From: Setoptus koraiensis
Lineage: Eukaryota; Animalia; Arthropoda
Direction: 5' to 3'
DNA: 64,000 nt
NCBI GenBank assembly: GCA_048013815.1
Contig: CM106586.1
Coordinates: 13,392,001-13,456,000, forward strand
How positions within the stretch are numbered: position 1 is the stretch's first letter; each line of letters opens with the position of its first letter. A program made the position numbers and the translations under genes. This document shows, piece by piece, positions 23,994-37,574 of the stretch. The notes under the pieces are model-generated. The model was not told the origin of the DNA, made no database searches, and worked only from the letters and a program-made list of their open reading frames with translations.

Positions 23994-26900
23994 ATGCGAC
24001 ATTCAGACATGGAGACAATTGTGCTGCGCCCCTGCATTGTGTCTCATCAAACAAATGCCCTGCTCGCCAGCGATATCGAGCGATATATGGCTAATTAATG
24101 TTGCGCACTGACACAGCGGCCCGATTGTCATACGAACGGTTACAAGGCCGCTCGCCAAACCGTTGTGTCAGCTACAAATCACGGCCAGATATTGTAGATA
24201 TTGATTAATTTGCGCGCGCACATTGTTACATAACATCGCTGATTAAACGCAACAGCGGACCAGACAAATGACGCCAGTTAATGCAGTCTCGTCCCTTGTT
24301 CGTGTCGCCGTCTTATCGCGGGCCTCTGCACGACACACACACACACACAATGTTTGCTATTGAGTCTATTGAGACACTGATTGAGACAAATTGGCCCCGC
24401 TGCCGAAGCGACACAAATCAATCTGGCAATCCAATATGACAATATGTGCTTCTCGGCCGGCCCCATTTGCGCTAATCAAAAGCCCAAAGCAATCAAGACT
24501 CGAGCACATACACAAAGCGTATATACAAAGTGTCGCATATGCAGTGTCGGCCCGCTGCCGACAATAGTCGGGCCGGTCGCACTCCGCGGGCCGGTCTCAC
24601 TCCGCGGGTTGGTCGCGCTGTCAGGGGGCGTCTCTCATAACGCGACTCATAGCGCGCGACCCGTCGGCTGCATCGGTGCCGGCCCGGGCCGGCATGCGAG
24701 AATACCTAGGTGCACGAGACTACGGTACGGTATGCACGAGCATACCGTTCGGGTGTTCGGGCGAGATAAACACTCAATTACCGGCTGTCGCTCCTTATTG
24801 CCGCTTGCCGCTCGCCACGTTGACTGGTGAGCCCAGAAAGCGGCTCATGTTTTTGCCAGACTTTTGCTGGGGCCCCGGCAAAAATTGCCAAGGCCTCAGC
24901 GAAAGTACGGCCAGCCACCTAGCGAGCAGATTTGGCGACGTCGGTGCATATGCACAATGTTAATGCTGGCTGGGGTGCTTTTGTTATCATTAATATCATT
25001 ATTATCATTGCTATTAATGCCGTCATGGCTCGCTCGCTCGCTCGCTTGTTTGTTTGTCTGCTGTGGCTAATTGCGGCCGTCGTCAGCTGCAAATGAGTTT
25101 GGCCTCACCTGACAAACAAACATCACGCGGCCCCCAATTGCTGCTTAGCCGTTTCATGCCGAGCCCCACAGTCGCTAAGCTCGCAACTTCCGGCTCAAGC
25201 TCAGCTGTGTGTGTGTGTGTGTTGTTATTTAAACGACGAGCGGGCGAGATTTAATTGCCTCTTATCGTCGAGTGGCCGTCCCGCTAATGGCTTGTTGTTT
25301 GTCACAGACACACACAAACACACCCACCAACGGGGGGCCGACTGGTGGCGACGACAAGCGCAAACTGTAGCGAAATTATCCGCGCGTCAACCGTCGCCAA
25401 ATTGCCCCGTTGCCAGTTGTATTATTAGATATATAGCAAATATATTAGATATTATGCACCTAAAAGTGAACGCAAGCGAGCAAAAATGCAAAACGGAAGA
25501 CCCGCCGACGTCACAAGCTGCTGCTCGTAACTATGCAAATGATTAGCATTCGAGCCGGGCCCCAATGACACGCCGGCTGAATTGCTGTCGTTGGCGAGCC
25601 CTGTCGGCGCTGGCGCTGGCCATTTTCGCTGCCTAAATTGGGGCCACTCAGCTTTGTCAGAGATAACCTGCCAGTTGAGTTTAGGCTGACGTGTGCAGTG
25701 ACATTTGTGCTCGCTGTTGCGATCGTTGCCGACGTTCCCGTTTGTCCGACAAACTTTGTCCGACAAAATTTGTCCAACAAAATTTGTCCTCTCCGTTCGT
25801 GTGTGCCGGGCCCGTCGCCAGGTATTGCGCGCACCGCTAGGGGCGCTCGGCGCACACTTGATCACATATCGTGGCCCACGATATCCATAGTATCGCAACT
25901 CTGTCGAATATCATGACTCGCTCGAACGAAGAATCTCGAAGCGCCCACTTGCCGTAGATGGCGCGTCAAATACTTGTCAAACAGTTAGCAAACAGTCGGC
26001 AAGTAGCAACCAGTTATCAAATTGATGATATCAATCAGCGACGAGCTTTTTCGTTGCTTTTGTACACTCTCAGCCGCACAAGAGCCGCCAACCAGCTCGG
26101 GGCCCGAAGGGTTGCCGGACATTGGCGGCCTCGCGGATGTTGCGCCATGATTGATATCGCTCGCATGCATTGTGATGGACTGTAAGATTATTTTGAATTT
26201 TCGTCGCACAATGTTCTGGCACCTTGCTTGGCATCGGCGTTGCCGTGACTGTTTTGTTTCAACTATTGTTTCAAACTAACTATTTCAAAACGAGCCATAT
26301 TTCACGTTGGCTCGATTTTGCCCATGTAAGCCAGTTTGGGTCCCTCACACAAGCTGCCAACTGGCCGCTCGGGCCCCTGTTTATTATGGCCCATTTGGTG
26401 GGCCTTTGACAAGTGAAACGAAATCTGTGCCGCCGAAAGTATGCACCCATATCGCACACATTAACATAGCTTGATGTATGGCCTCATCATTTTTGCGTTT
26501 GTCGTTTTGTTTTGTTTGTCCGTTTGTTTGTCCGTTTGTTTATCCGTTTGTTTGTTGGCTTGCTGGTTTGCTGGTTTGCTGGCTTGCTGGCTTGTGATAC
26601 GCGACGAGACGACATGAAAACATGGCTCGACACAAACACAAACAAAGCCTGCCCACAAACAACAACGACACAAGACAATAGTTACAGTTTTCTATTCTGT
26701 TCTGGCGGCACCCAAAATATATCCGTTTTGCCAGCTTCGCCAACAATACCACCAGAGGCCCCGAAAAACATTTTTCGCGGCCTCGTGTCTTGGCAATAAA
26801 CAACAATGAACTGTTTGCTGCCGTTGGCCAACTGATCTCTCTCTCTCTCTCTGACTGGGCAATTCTTTGAAAAAATTGAGGCGCCAAGCAAAATGACATA

Positions 26901-28511
26901 TTTGGTGTTCATTTTTTGTTTAGTGCGCATGCAGGCACAACGAAAAATAGTGAACGAATTACACAGTCGGCATGTTTGCATATACGACTTGGCCTATTAA
27001 ACTAAAACAATGGGCCCACTCGACGCCGAGTGTGCGAGTCTTTGAGTCAGAGATCAAATTCAAAATAACTCAATTTATCATTATAATCGCAACAGCAGCG
27101 CTGGCGAGCTTTGTTCGTGAGTGCCCCTTTCCGGTTCTTTCTCTCTCTCTCTCTCTCTCTTGCTGTCTAATCTAATAATCTGACAAAAATAATAACGATA
27201 ATAATAATGAAAGCTGTGCTCGCTGTGTCGCTGCCTAAATGCCTTTATGCCGCGATATCCGCGATAAACACACTGGCCCACTGAATGGCTGTAAATAGCA
27301 CAACAATGGATAATGACAACAATGGCAAAAACATACAACAACTTGAGCGCTGCTGCTATTATTATTACTATTATTATTGTCTGGCGCAAACGATAATAAC
27401 TCGACAGAGAAGAAAATCTCGGGCTTGTCTTGTCGGGGGCGGCCTGCTTGCATTGTAAACATACGCAGTATAACTATCTGAAACTATCTGAGTGGCGGCT
27501 ATCCGGTTCAATTAACATGCTGTTTGGATTTGTTTCCGACACAGATGGCGCCACTGTGCGCCTCAAGGCGTTTTGGGGTGCTCTCGGGGGCACCAATAAC
27601 GATTCAAAAAGGACAAAAAAAGTTGTGAAAACAATTGTCGGGCCCAATGCTGTTGATATTGGCCCAGCGTTTGATTGTGAGTGGGTTTCGATTGTTGCGA
27701 GTGCAAGTGTCGCAAATGATACACAAAAGACACAGACAAAGGTTGAGCAACTATAATTATATAATATATATTACGAGGAGCACGAATTGTGTCGCCACAA
27801 ACAACAGCGGCCAGCTAACAAACTAACAAATGAGTGACCGGTGTGTGCCATGAATTGTTAATATGACTCGCTCGAGTATTATCTGAAAATTGTTTGTGCG
27901 CTATTATCAAATAGCAATCGAGATTGCATTGCGATGATGATCTAATTTCTATGCCATAAATCATATTACCACCGCTAGAGGTAGCTGATGACGGGCGGCC
28001 CGGTTATGCGGCTACGTTGCGGCGGCCAGCGCACAAATTATTGTTGGCCAACACTGTTGTTGCTGTTACTTGGCTGTTGTTGCTGTTATTTGGCTGTTAT
28101 TTGGCCGTTGTTGCTGTTATTGGGGCCCGGCGGTGACGTCGAGAGCGCGACACCTAGCGACAGGCGAGCGTGTTTGGGCCACTTTGGCGTGATGTAATGA
28201 TGATGACAATAATAGTATAATAGCAACAAAACTAACCCAATCACGATCATCAAATCAAATAGTATCACAGTGCGATGGCTAATCAATCGCCGATGAGCGG
28301 CCCGAGCCCGTGCCCAGCGATGTCCGATTATCAGATCAATCACTAACTTGTACTAATACTGCCAACTACTACTGCCACTGGCCGTTTTATCTAAATCTAC
28401 ATCTACCAGAGATTCAGCCGATAAGTCGTCTGGGGATCCCCGATGTGCCCAGACTTGGCCAAATTTGCCCAGATTGGCCCAAACTGGGCCGGATTTTCGC
28501 TCGGCAGTCGC

Positions 28512-28555
28512 CGAGCGCTTATTCCGGCTCAAATAAGCGCCGGAATAAGCGCTCG
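28512..28555. other. Perfect 17-bp stem hairpin, 10-nt loop
   Basis: CGAGCGCTTATTCCGGC (28512-28528) is the exact reverse complement of GCCGGAATAAGCGCTCG (28539-28555). Confidence 0.95.
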
Positions 28556-31500
28556 TTGTTGTTTGTGTCGCGCATTAGTTTGTTTGTTTGTTTGGGGCGC
28601 CTCAGGAGAGGCGCCCAATGGGCGAAGAGGGAAATGAGAGAAACAGGAGTGATCAAAGTGGATTGGCCCATTAGTTTGGCATTTCCATTCAGCTGGCCGG
28701 CGTGCATAAACGGAGACAAAATAAAATAAAAATTCACCTAAGATAGCCGCCGCCGAGAATGGCCCACAAAAGACACACACACAAAGAAGATGACAAAAAG
28801 AAGCGGCCCAACAAAATTGATCGCGCTCCGGCGCTTCGTGGGCCCGCCGGCCAGCGGCACAAAGGCGCCCCTCGCCTCGCTCGTGCCATTCATCGAGCCC
28901 ATCAAATCATCATCTATCGGCACCATCAACGCCCTATACGCTTATCTACGGCCGGCCGTATATACGATGTCAGAATGTATCGGCGCCCCTCGTTCGAGTG
29001 CAAACGAACCATCATTTGCTCGTGTATCAAGCGCGTATTTATGCAATGAGGCGAGCTAACCACCGCTGTGCCATACGCCGCGTCTCTTTGGTGGTCACGT
29101 CGCTTATGCTCCATGAACGTGTGGCGCCGGCGACGCAACGCCGCTCGCGGGCCCCACGGACCCCGCGGACACGGGCGCCCCCTGTTGCCCGGCATACAAA
29201 GTCCAAAGGCAAATATTGTTGTGCAGCAGGACAGTGTGTGTCAATTAAGCCAGAGTATCGCTATTATGCTCCTATTTCCTGTCGGCCGGTTCAGGTTTTG
29301 TTTTATCCGGTCGCATTAATGCCGCTCCCTCGATATAAGTAACCGTTATTGCTTACATAGTGAGTTTTTGCATTGTAATGGGCGCTCGGATAAATTTGGG
29401 CCCGGCGCCCACAGCCAATCGGTGGCTGTGTCTCAGACACAGTGTCTGATGTGAATTCTGGCTCTGGCCGCTAGGTGTTAATCTCACAATGTCAGCGGCT
29501 GGCCGTAATAATGGCGCCCGTAACAGTTATCACACAAGCAAGGCGACTTGGCACAATCATTAATGGATTAATCAATAATTAGAGCGTTCGCAAGCCAACG
29601 AGAGAGAGAGAGAGAGAGAGAGAGAGCAGCGAAAGTTGAGCTGTCAACAGTGTCGCCCATCGATTATAGATTATAATTTCGGCAAGTGACTTTATTTATC
29701 TAGCACTTTGTGCACTCGGCGACCATGCCAGCCAATTTTGAGCGAGTTATCTATGCCAATCGTTAATAGTCGGGATGGCGACTTGAAATTAGAGGGCGCT
29801 GCGCGCAAGGCAACACGAGCACAATGGATCGTCATCATTATCATTATCTGATATGGATATTGTTTCCAAGTGGCGATTCTCACTGACAGAGATATTCACA
29901 TGCCGTGAATACAGGGGCTCAGTTGGCCAGACTCTTGATGACTTTAATGACAATGAATGAAACGCCTCGTGAATGAGATGCAATTATAAAAGTCTCGCCA
30001 TATATAACGCCATGTATAATAGATGGATAATGGATGGGGCCCGCTGGCGACATCTACACACTGCCAAAGAGTGCAAAACTGCGGCTAGCTGCAAGTTTGT
30101 GCGCTAATCTGTGTGCCGCTCACTGTCGGATAACTGCCATTTATTATGCAGAGCTGTTGGGCATCCTGCGCCAGCCTACAATTGATCCAGGTGAGCTGGT
30201 TCCGTTGACGCCGGCCGGTTCGCTGATGAATGGGCCTCGAAGCGAGCGAGCGATCAACAGTAGTGACATTGTGTCACAGATTTATCTGGCGCGCTCGGAT
30301 AATGAAACGCGCTCAGATGATAAATAATAATTGATGAGTTCGTTTATACTGATATATAGACAACAAAAAGACAATGCGCCGTTTAAGCCCCAGAACCGAG
30401 TTTATGTGTAACATGTCGTGGGCACGTCATTGTGACAACATTGTGATGCGATTCAAGCTCTTTTGCTTGATCGGCCAGTTAACGCTAGCGGCCCAGTTAT
30501 TACATAATGCCCCGTTGCCATATAACTTGTTGTATTGCATCAAACATATAGTCACATATAGCACAACAAACATATATTGCATGTGTGTGTGTGTGTAAGC
30601 TCTTTGTTTGTAAGTAGATAGATGATCGCCTCAATTGGCCTGCTGCAATCAATCACATTATTACTGCCATTATCCGCTGATATTACGCAATAATCCATTG
30701 ATGCGCAAATATTATGCACGTCACAACGAAAATCACATAATACAATACAGTGGCAATAATACAGTAGACACACAAATACAACATATGACACATCCGCGGG
30801 CATTGACTGCTCGCCCCAACGGAGCCCCAACGATAGCGAGCTGGCCGGCCTAAGCGCGTGGGCCCAATGATGGGCCACATTCAAAATTGATATGAGGAGC
30901 AGAAGAGGCCTGAGGAACCGGGGCGCCATTGCTGGCGCGCATCGTGGCGGAAATAAATTGATTTAAGCATTAGTGTGTAAACGGGCGGCGAAATGGGCCC
31001 AATAGGCCCATTTCGTGATATGACATGCCGGCATAGCGGGCAGCTCATGTATGTCGCCAATGAGCAAGATAAAACGCTTTTTGGTTGTTGGTTGTTGGTG
31101 GTTGGCGTGCATTCATCACATTGTTTTATTGTGTATATTTATAGACGAATCACACAGCGCCACTGGCACTAGGTGAGAAATGGCCTCTTGCTGCCGTTCG
31201 TTTTATCGGCGCCATCGGCGGCCAGCTTAATCAGGGGCCCCCGATTGGCAAGCCAATGTTGGCAGTGTCCCGTCAGATCGTTAGCAATAAGACATTAGCA
31301 ACTATCGCCACCGAGACACTGACCGATGTGCCCATGCAAGTGCGACTAAACCGCCCATCCCATGTTGGCAAGTGGGGCGCCTGGGAGGCCCCGTTCTCGT
31401 GTGTTTGTTTTAGTTTGTTTTACAAACAGATGAGATCTGACAGTGCCATCAGATAAAGGCCGGCAGTGTGGCTATGCATGCAACTGCGGGACATTGTGTC

Positions 31501-31558
31501 CGTGGCGACATTCTTCCAATCCATTAACGTGCCAAACAATCGCCCCGACTGATGGCGC

Positions 31559-31637
31559 GCCGACCGATGCGCCGCCGACCGATGCGCCGCCGACCGATGG
31601 GCCGGCAACCGATGCGCCGGCAACCGATGGGCCGGCA
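31559..31637 (+). repeat. 15-bp minisatellite CCGATGsGCCGsCrA, 5 copies
   Basis: Copies at 31564, 31579, 31594, 31609 and 31624. Confidence 0.9.
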
Positions 31638-34600
31638 GTGTCCGAGCGAATGCGCCCGGATCACATTAAACAACATGTCGCTATCTCCGCTGTCTGACAA
31701 CATCTATATCAAGTATAATTCTCAGTTTGCCTGATACCGTCATAAATAAGGCATTACATTCTCTCGTGGGCACCCATGAGAAAAGAGAGAAATGCATTGG
31801 GGCCCGTCTAACTGACTTTTGTAGTCGCGTTGTCGGGCCTATTTTGCATGTCACCAGAATCTGGTGACCAGATCGTGTGCGAGTGATCGCGTTCGAGTGA
31901 TTGTAACAAACTTGCCCCTCATAATATTATTATTACTACCATTGACATGGTGATGGCGATTTTTCAACGGCGATTAAATTTTCCTTCATACATCTCAGAG
32001 AAACAAATCACAAACGATCCGGTGCCCACAACTGACCGCTCCAGTATATTGGTGGCCCCTAAATCGCTTGTTGTTGGCGCTCATGGCTTTGCGCTCGCCT
32101 CATTGCGCTCCTCTGCGGGCCCCGCGTTTGTCCGGCCATCACAATGAGCGCCACTTGTTGTTGGCCGCAAGTCATTTGGCCGCATACGCTTTTCAAAAGC
32201 CACTTCTCTTTACATGTATATGAAAGACTCTGCTCGCATTGACTCGCGTATAATATAGTATAAGCTGCTTTTTGGCCCCAACGACATCGATCACAAGCTA
32301 TTTATCTGTTCGAATGACCAATGTTCTTGGCACCAATGTCAGGTGACTTAGGTAGTTATGCGCGCTCGATGTTTGCTATTCTTGTTTATCTGCATCGAAT
32401 GAGTAACAGTGATACTTATAGTCGAAAAGTAAGCCAGCGCCCCAACTGGCAAGTTGAGCTCAAACTCTGCTGAAATTGAGCCACTTAATTGAGCTCATTT
32501 CTGTTGCATTGGCTATCTCAGTGGTGACATCTCTAGTCGCTACACTGAAACACTGACGACTCTTGATCGATGATACATAAATTCGCATCGTCCAATATCC
32601 TCATATATATATACATATATAGAAAGAGACAGTGGCGAGCATTTGAATTCAAACTGATTTCAGAACGAATACGCAAATATACATACATCGGATCTGCTCC
32701 GATAGGGGGCTACTAAGCGCCTCCTGGTTGAGCTGCCCTTGTGCGGTGACAAGTCCGCCAATGGCCAATACGGCTCAGGTGCCAGACTAAACTGACGGTC
32801 ACCCGATGAATCTTTTCGTCTTGGCGCGAAATTGTTTTTAAATTGCCGTTGCGAACGCATATATTAATATGTAATGTATTACGTAATTAATATAGTCCGT
32901 TGTCTATGCAGCAACTGCCGTTGCCACTGCGCCGGCCCCAGTGCGCCGATCAGCGTATCAGCGTCAATAATAGGATATTTGCGCCCAGACACAATGACCA
33001 TCATGAGGCCCCCATCGAGCGTCTTGAGACGCTCAGTCAATATGGCGAGATGGGCCCACTGGTAGCAGGTGGCGGTTATTTGTGTCTGCTTTTATCTATG
33101 CCTAATCATCTGAGCCACTCAGTCTAGACCGACAACAGATCCAGTAATCCATCTATCTGTTATATCTGTTGTGCCAGACGACGCAACGGGTTTTATGGTT
33201 TTAATATGATAATGATGATGATGTTTGGCGGGCCCCCAGTTGCCCATTTGCCCATTTGAGCCAGCGGTGGTCGTTTGCTGGCCGGCCAGCCGGCAGTCAG
33301 TAGCATCTCGGGAGTTTCGCCGTGATTACTGTCGGGGCCCCCAAGCAGTCAGGTAGCGAGGCCGCTGTTGTTGCGCAATGTTGCCGCTGCCGTTGTTGTT
33401 GCGTAATGCTACCGCTGCTGTTGTTGTTGCGTAATGCTGCTGGCCCACCGGTCAGCTGACTGCAATATTAAGACACACGCACACAATGTTAAGATAGCGA
33501 GAGGGACTGGCAATAATAATAATAATAATAAACAGATAAACAGATACACAGACGGACAGTGAGAGATATCAAGGCAATAAATGGGCGCAATAATTGATTG
33601 GTCGATCTGGCGATCAGCGCGCGCCTCCTCTGGCCGGATCTGGCCGACTGTTTGCATGCAGCTATGCCGATAATAATATTAACACCAGCAGCTAATCTCA
33701 AGCGGCCGACTGTGACTTGTCGGCGGCAGAAGACTTGACGCTTGGCAAGCTTGCGCCCCACACAAGGCGTCCGCTGCCAAAAAAGGGGCCCCCTTGGCAC
33801 AAGCTGCACTGACTGTTTCGTGCCGTCGGCCCAAATGGCTTTTATTCTTTTATCGCCGGCCCCTCTATGCCATAGAGTCTCCGTGCAGCCGCTTCCTATC
33901 TGCGCCGGCCCCCGCTCTCGGGGCCCCACTCAGCGAGGCCCCGAGAAGTTATCGCGGCGAGGAGGCAAGAATTAAAGTGCGCGCTAATGATCACTCTATC
34001 TGTCCTGCCGGACAGCAGCGGCAACATTTGTTCAGCGCCACTGGCTTGCGACCGCAACACGCTCGCCCGCAACCCGCGCGGCCGCCCGCCGGCCGCTGAC
34101 CAGAGCTCGCACGCCAATATCCATTATGACGGGGCCCCATTTTGTTTGGCGCTGCCGCAACAATATATGTATATAATAATGCAATATTAACACATTATAA
34201 TATTGGTCTTACCATGGATACGCACGGACATGTATAGATACGTGCCGATGCAAATCGGGTCGGCCCGCTTGCCCGCTCGACCGGCTGGCCGCTGTACGCT
34301 CAAGTAACCATGTCGGGACCGTCCGAAAGACCGTGCCGAAAGACCGCGCCAGACCCAATTGTCCAGCCGGCTCGGTCAGGGGGCTCGCTGTTTCGCGCCA
34401 ACTTTTATTTAAATAATCAAATCAATGTTCGCTGTCGACTCACAACTGTCAGATTTGCGCGCGCGCAACCGCGCACCACAACTTTATCGCGCACAATTGT
34501 ATCGCCTACAACTTATTGCGTACAACTTTATTGCGTAACACCCATTGCTTACAACTTTATTGCGTAAGACCCGTTGCGTAACAGGGCGCTGTTTGGCGCC

Positions 34601-35896
34601 AACATTGAGGCGGACGAGTGAGGCTGTTGCGTAACAGTCACAGTTAGTAGCAACAGTGCACTTGTTTGCGGCAGTCCCATTGTCACGCTTTGATTTGTTA
34701 CCGTTATTTTGCCGCTCGCCAAGCTTGTGTGTGTGTGTGTCGTCTCTGCGAATTGGTTAGCGTTGTTATTTTTGCTGCTGTGGCTAATACTTTGCGTGTG
34801 TGCGTGCGTGTGTGTGTGCGCCCCCTTTTATCTCTTAATCAATTTCAATCATTAAGCGCGCGCGCGCGACAAAGCAACTATTACGTCACCGCCATCATCA
34901 CGTTACCGTTATTTGTGTGTGTGTGTCTTGGCCTATATATTCTTATTAGATACATTAGGTTAGGACAGGTGAGTTGGCTGCTGCTGTGTTGGCGGTCGGT
35001 TAGTCGGTGAACATTACCAGACAGAATGTTACGTAACTGTTGTGTGTGTGCGCGCCCCATAAACAGCAGTAGCAACAGCGATGACAACAGCGACAATCAA
35101 CAATTCATCTTGCACTATTACATCAGCGCGCATATATGCAAATAGCGTTGCGCAATAAGTGGTACAAGCGTTATAATTCTTTGCTCTCTCTCTCTCTCTC
35201 TCTCACTCTCTCTAATAAATAATTACGTTATACTAACTATGCTATTTTGTGTGCCGTGATTCACGCTCATTCCATTATGACGCCATTGTTTGTGTGACCG
35301 TCATCGGCACCGTCATCACCATCATCATCATCATCATCGCCATCATCGTCATCATCATTAGTGTTAGGTAAAGCCAGTTGCAGTGGCCAGTAGTGCACGC
35401 GTACCCAAACACGTACAACTGCCAACCGAATCGGTCGCAGTCAAACCGCCAAGACGCTAATGGAAAAACAACACACACACAACAGCCAGATAATCCGTGA
35501 ATGTATATATGAATATACGTGTATTAGTTGAATGATTCGAGGCATTAGCAGGGCGGATTACGCAACAACGCAACAACGCAGCAAGCAAACAGCACACACA
35601 AACAGACAGACAGACAAATACAAATGACAAGATTGACACACGGACAATTTACAAGAAATAAAATAATTTACATAGTTGTCGGCCCACAACGACACACCTC
35701 AGCACATTGGAAATAATCATTTGAATCATCATTTGGCGCCCACAACCGCAAAACGAGCCGAATTTTGTCGACGGACGATGCCCAATTGGTAGTGGTGCCA
35801 ATTGACCGTAGTAGCTGTTGTGTTGAGTGACCGGAAGTCTCCAAAATTGATACCACAACGGCGCCTCCCCCGCGACACGGGCCTGCCCCCATTGAT

Positions 35897-36418
35897 TTGG
35901 CGCCAAGTGTAACCATATCGTCCATAGATAATACAACAAGTTATAAGGGCCCAATTATTTCACAACATTTCAGTAGTGGCGTCGCACAAATAGAGCCCAT
36001 TGAGCCGGATAGCAAACAAACAACAACAGCAGCAGACAGCAACAGCAACAACGAGCGGCCGCTTGACAGGAGAAGAGAGAAATCAATTGTAATAGTGAGT
36101 CAATACAACAACCAATACAAATCGAAGCGGCGAAGAGGTCGGAGAAGAGCTGGCGACTTTTGGTCGTTAGTGTCTTGTTTGACTTTGATTTCGCTACAAT
36201 ACTCATTTGCATATCTATTAAGTAGCTGTGGTGCCACAGCGAGCCTAGATGGCGCTTACAGCGGCCACAAGCAGACAAATAGAAAAAATGTCAGCAGCTC
36301 ATTCATTCAGCAAGCATTCAGCAGCGATAGTGGGCACCTAGCGGCAGTCCAATCTGGCGCTGCGAGCCAGCCAATCAATGATACAAATAGCGCAAATAAT
36401 GCAAGTAATCATAGCAAA

Positions 36419-36450
<32 letters not shown>

Positions 36451-37542
36451 TCAGCCAGCAAACTATTTCACGCCGAAATATCTCAAGTCGTCTAGCGCCA
36501 TTCCGTCCACAATAGCGGTGCCTTGGCGACATGAGGCGCCTCGTCAAGATATTTATCCCTATCAACTATCGATGATCAACTACAAGACAGCACCGCTGGA
36601 CAGCGACATTTATCACAGACACAATGTGGGCCAGCCATTTGTTTTGTACAAGGACGGCGACCACCAACACAACAACAAGCGTCCAGTGAAACTTCAAATA
36701 CACGCTGGGCCGCTATTATATGAGCCACCTCGCGGGCCAGCGAAGCTGTTACTTGGCCCCGTTGATGCCATTGTCAAAGATGATGATTATCTATCACACT
36801 GGGCCCCACAAAACAGTGAGAGGCCACAATTGTCTCCGGCCTCGACTTATCTGCTGCGGCAAGCTGGCGAAAATAGACCAAATACATTGACTGGTAGTGG
36901 CGATATGAAGAATGACTTTATACTCAGAGAGTTATCGTTATTGTCCGATTACCATGACAACATAAATGACGGCCATAAATTAGCCTCTGACCGCTCTAAT
37001 GGGGGCCAAAGTGAGCACACAGTGAGCCATAGCGAAACTACCACGGGGCCCGCTAAATACAAGCATCTATCAGCGATTGGTCTCGAGAACAGTGATGCCA
37101 TCAACCTGCCTTCCGCGCCCATGTCGGCGGCGACTCAACGACAGCAGCACCAGCAACAACAACAACAGCAACAACATACCGACAACCATCGCTATGCCAA
37201 CGATAGCCGCTCTTTGAAATGCAACTGGCTCACATGTGTCCATGATGTGATTGATTGGCAGGCATTACATAATTCATTAAGGCAACAACAACAGCAACAA
37301 CAACAGCAGCGACAAATGAGGCCGCCATTGGCGACCGATGATCTCGCATTGTTTGCTGCCAGTGATTTACAAATCAATCATCTTGGCATCGGCGAGGCCA
37401 TTGGCAGCGCCGCCAGTGTCCTCAGCGAGCAGCCAGTGGGCAACAACCGTCAGCGTCGTCGCCACTACAAACGGAGGCGCTTCCATCGAGCCATCGCTAA
37501 CAACAACAGCAACAGCAACAACAACAGCAACAACAACAGCAG

Positions 37543-37574
<32 letters not shown>

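Noticed and set aside
34955-34965. TTAGGTTAGG arthropod telomere-like repeat
   Set aside because: Only two units; expected by chance.
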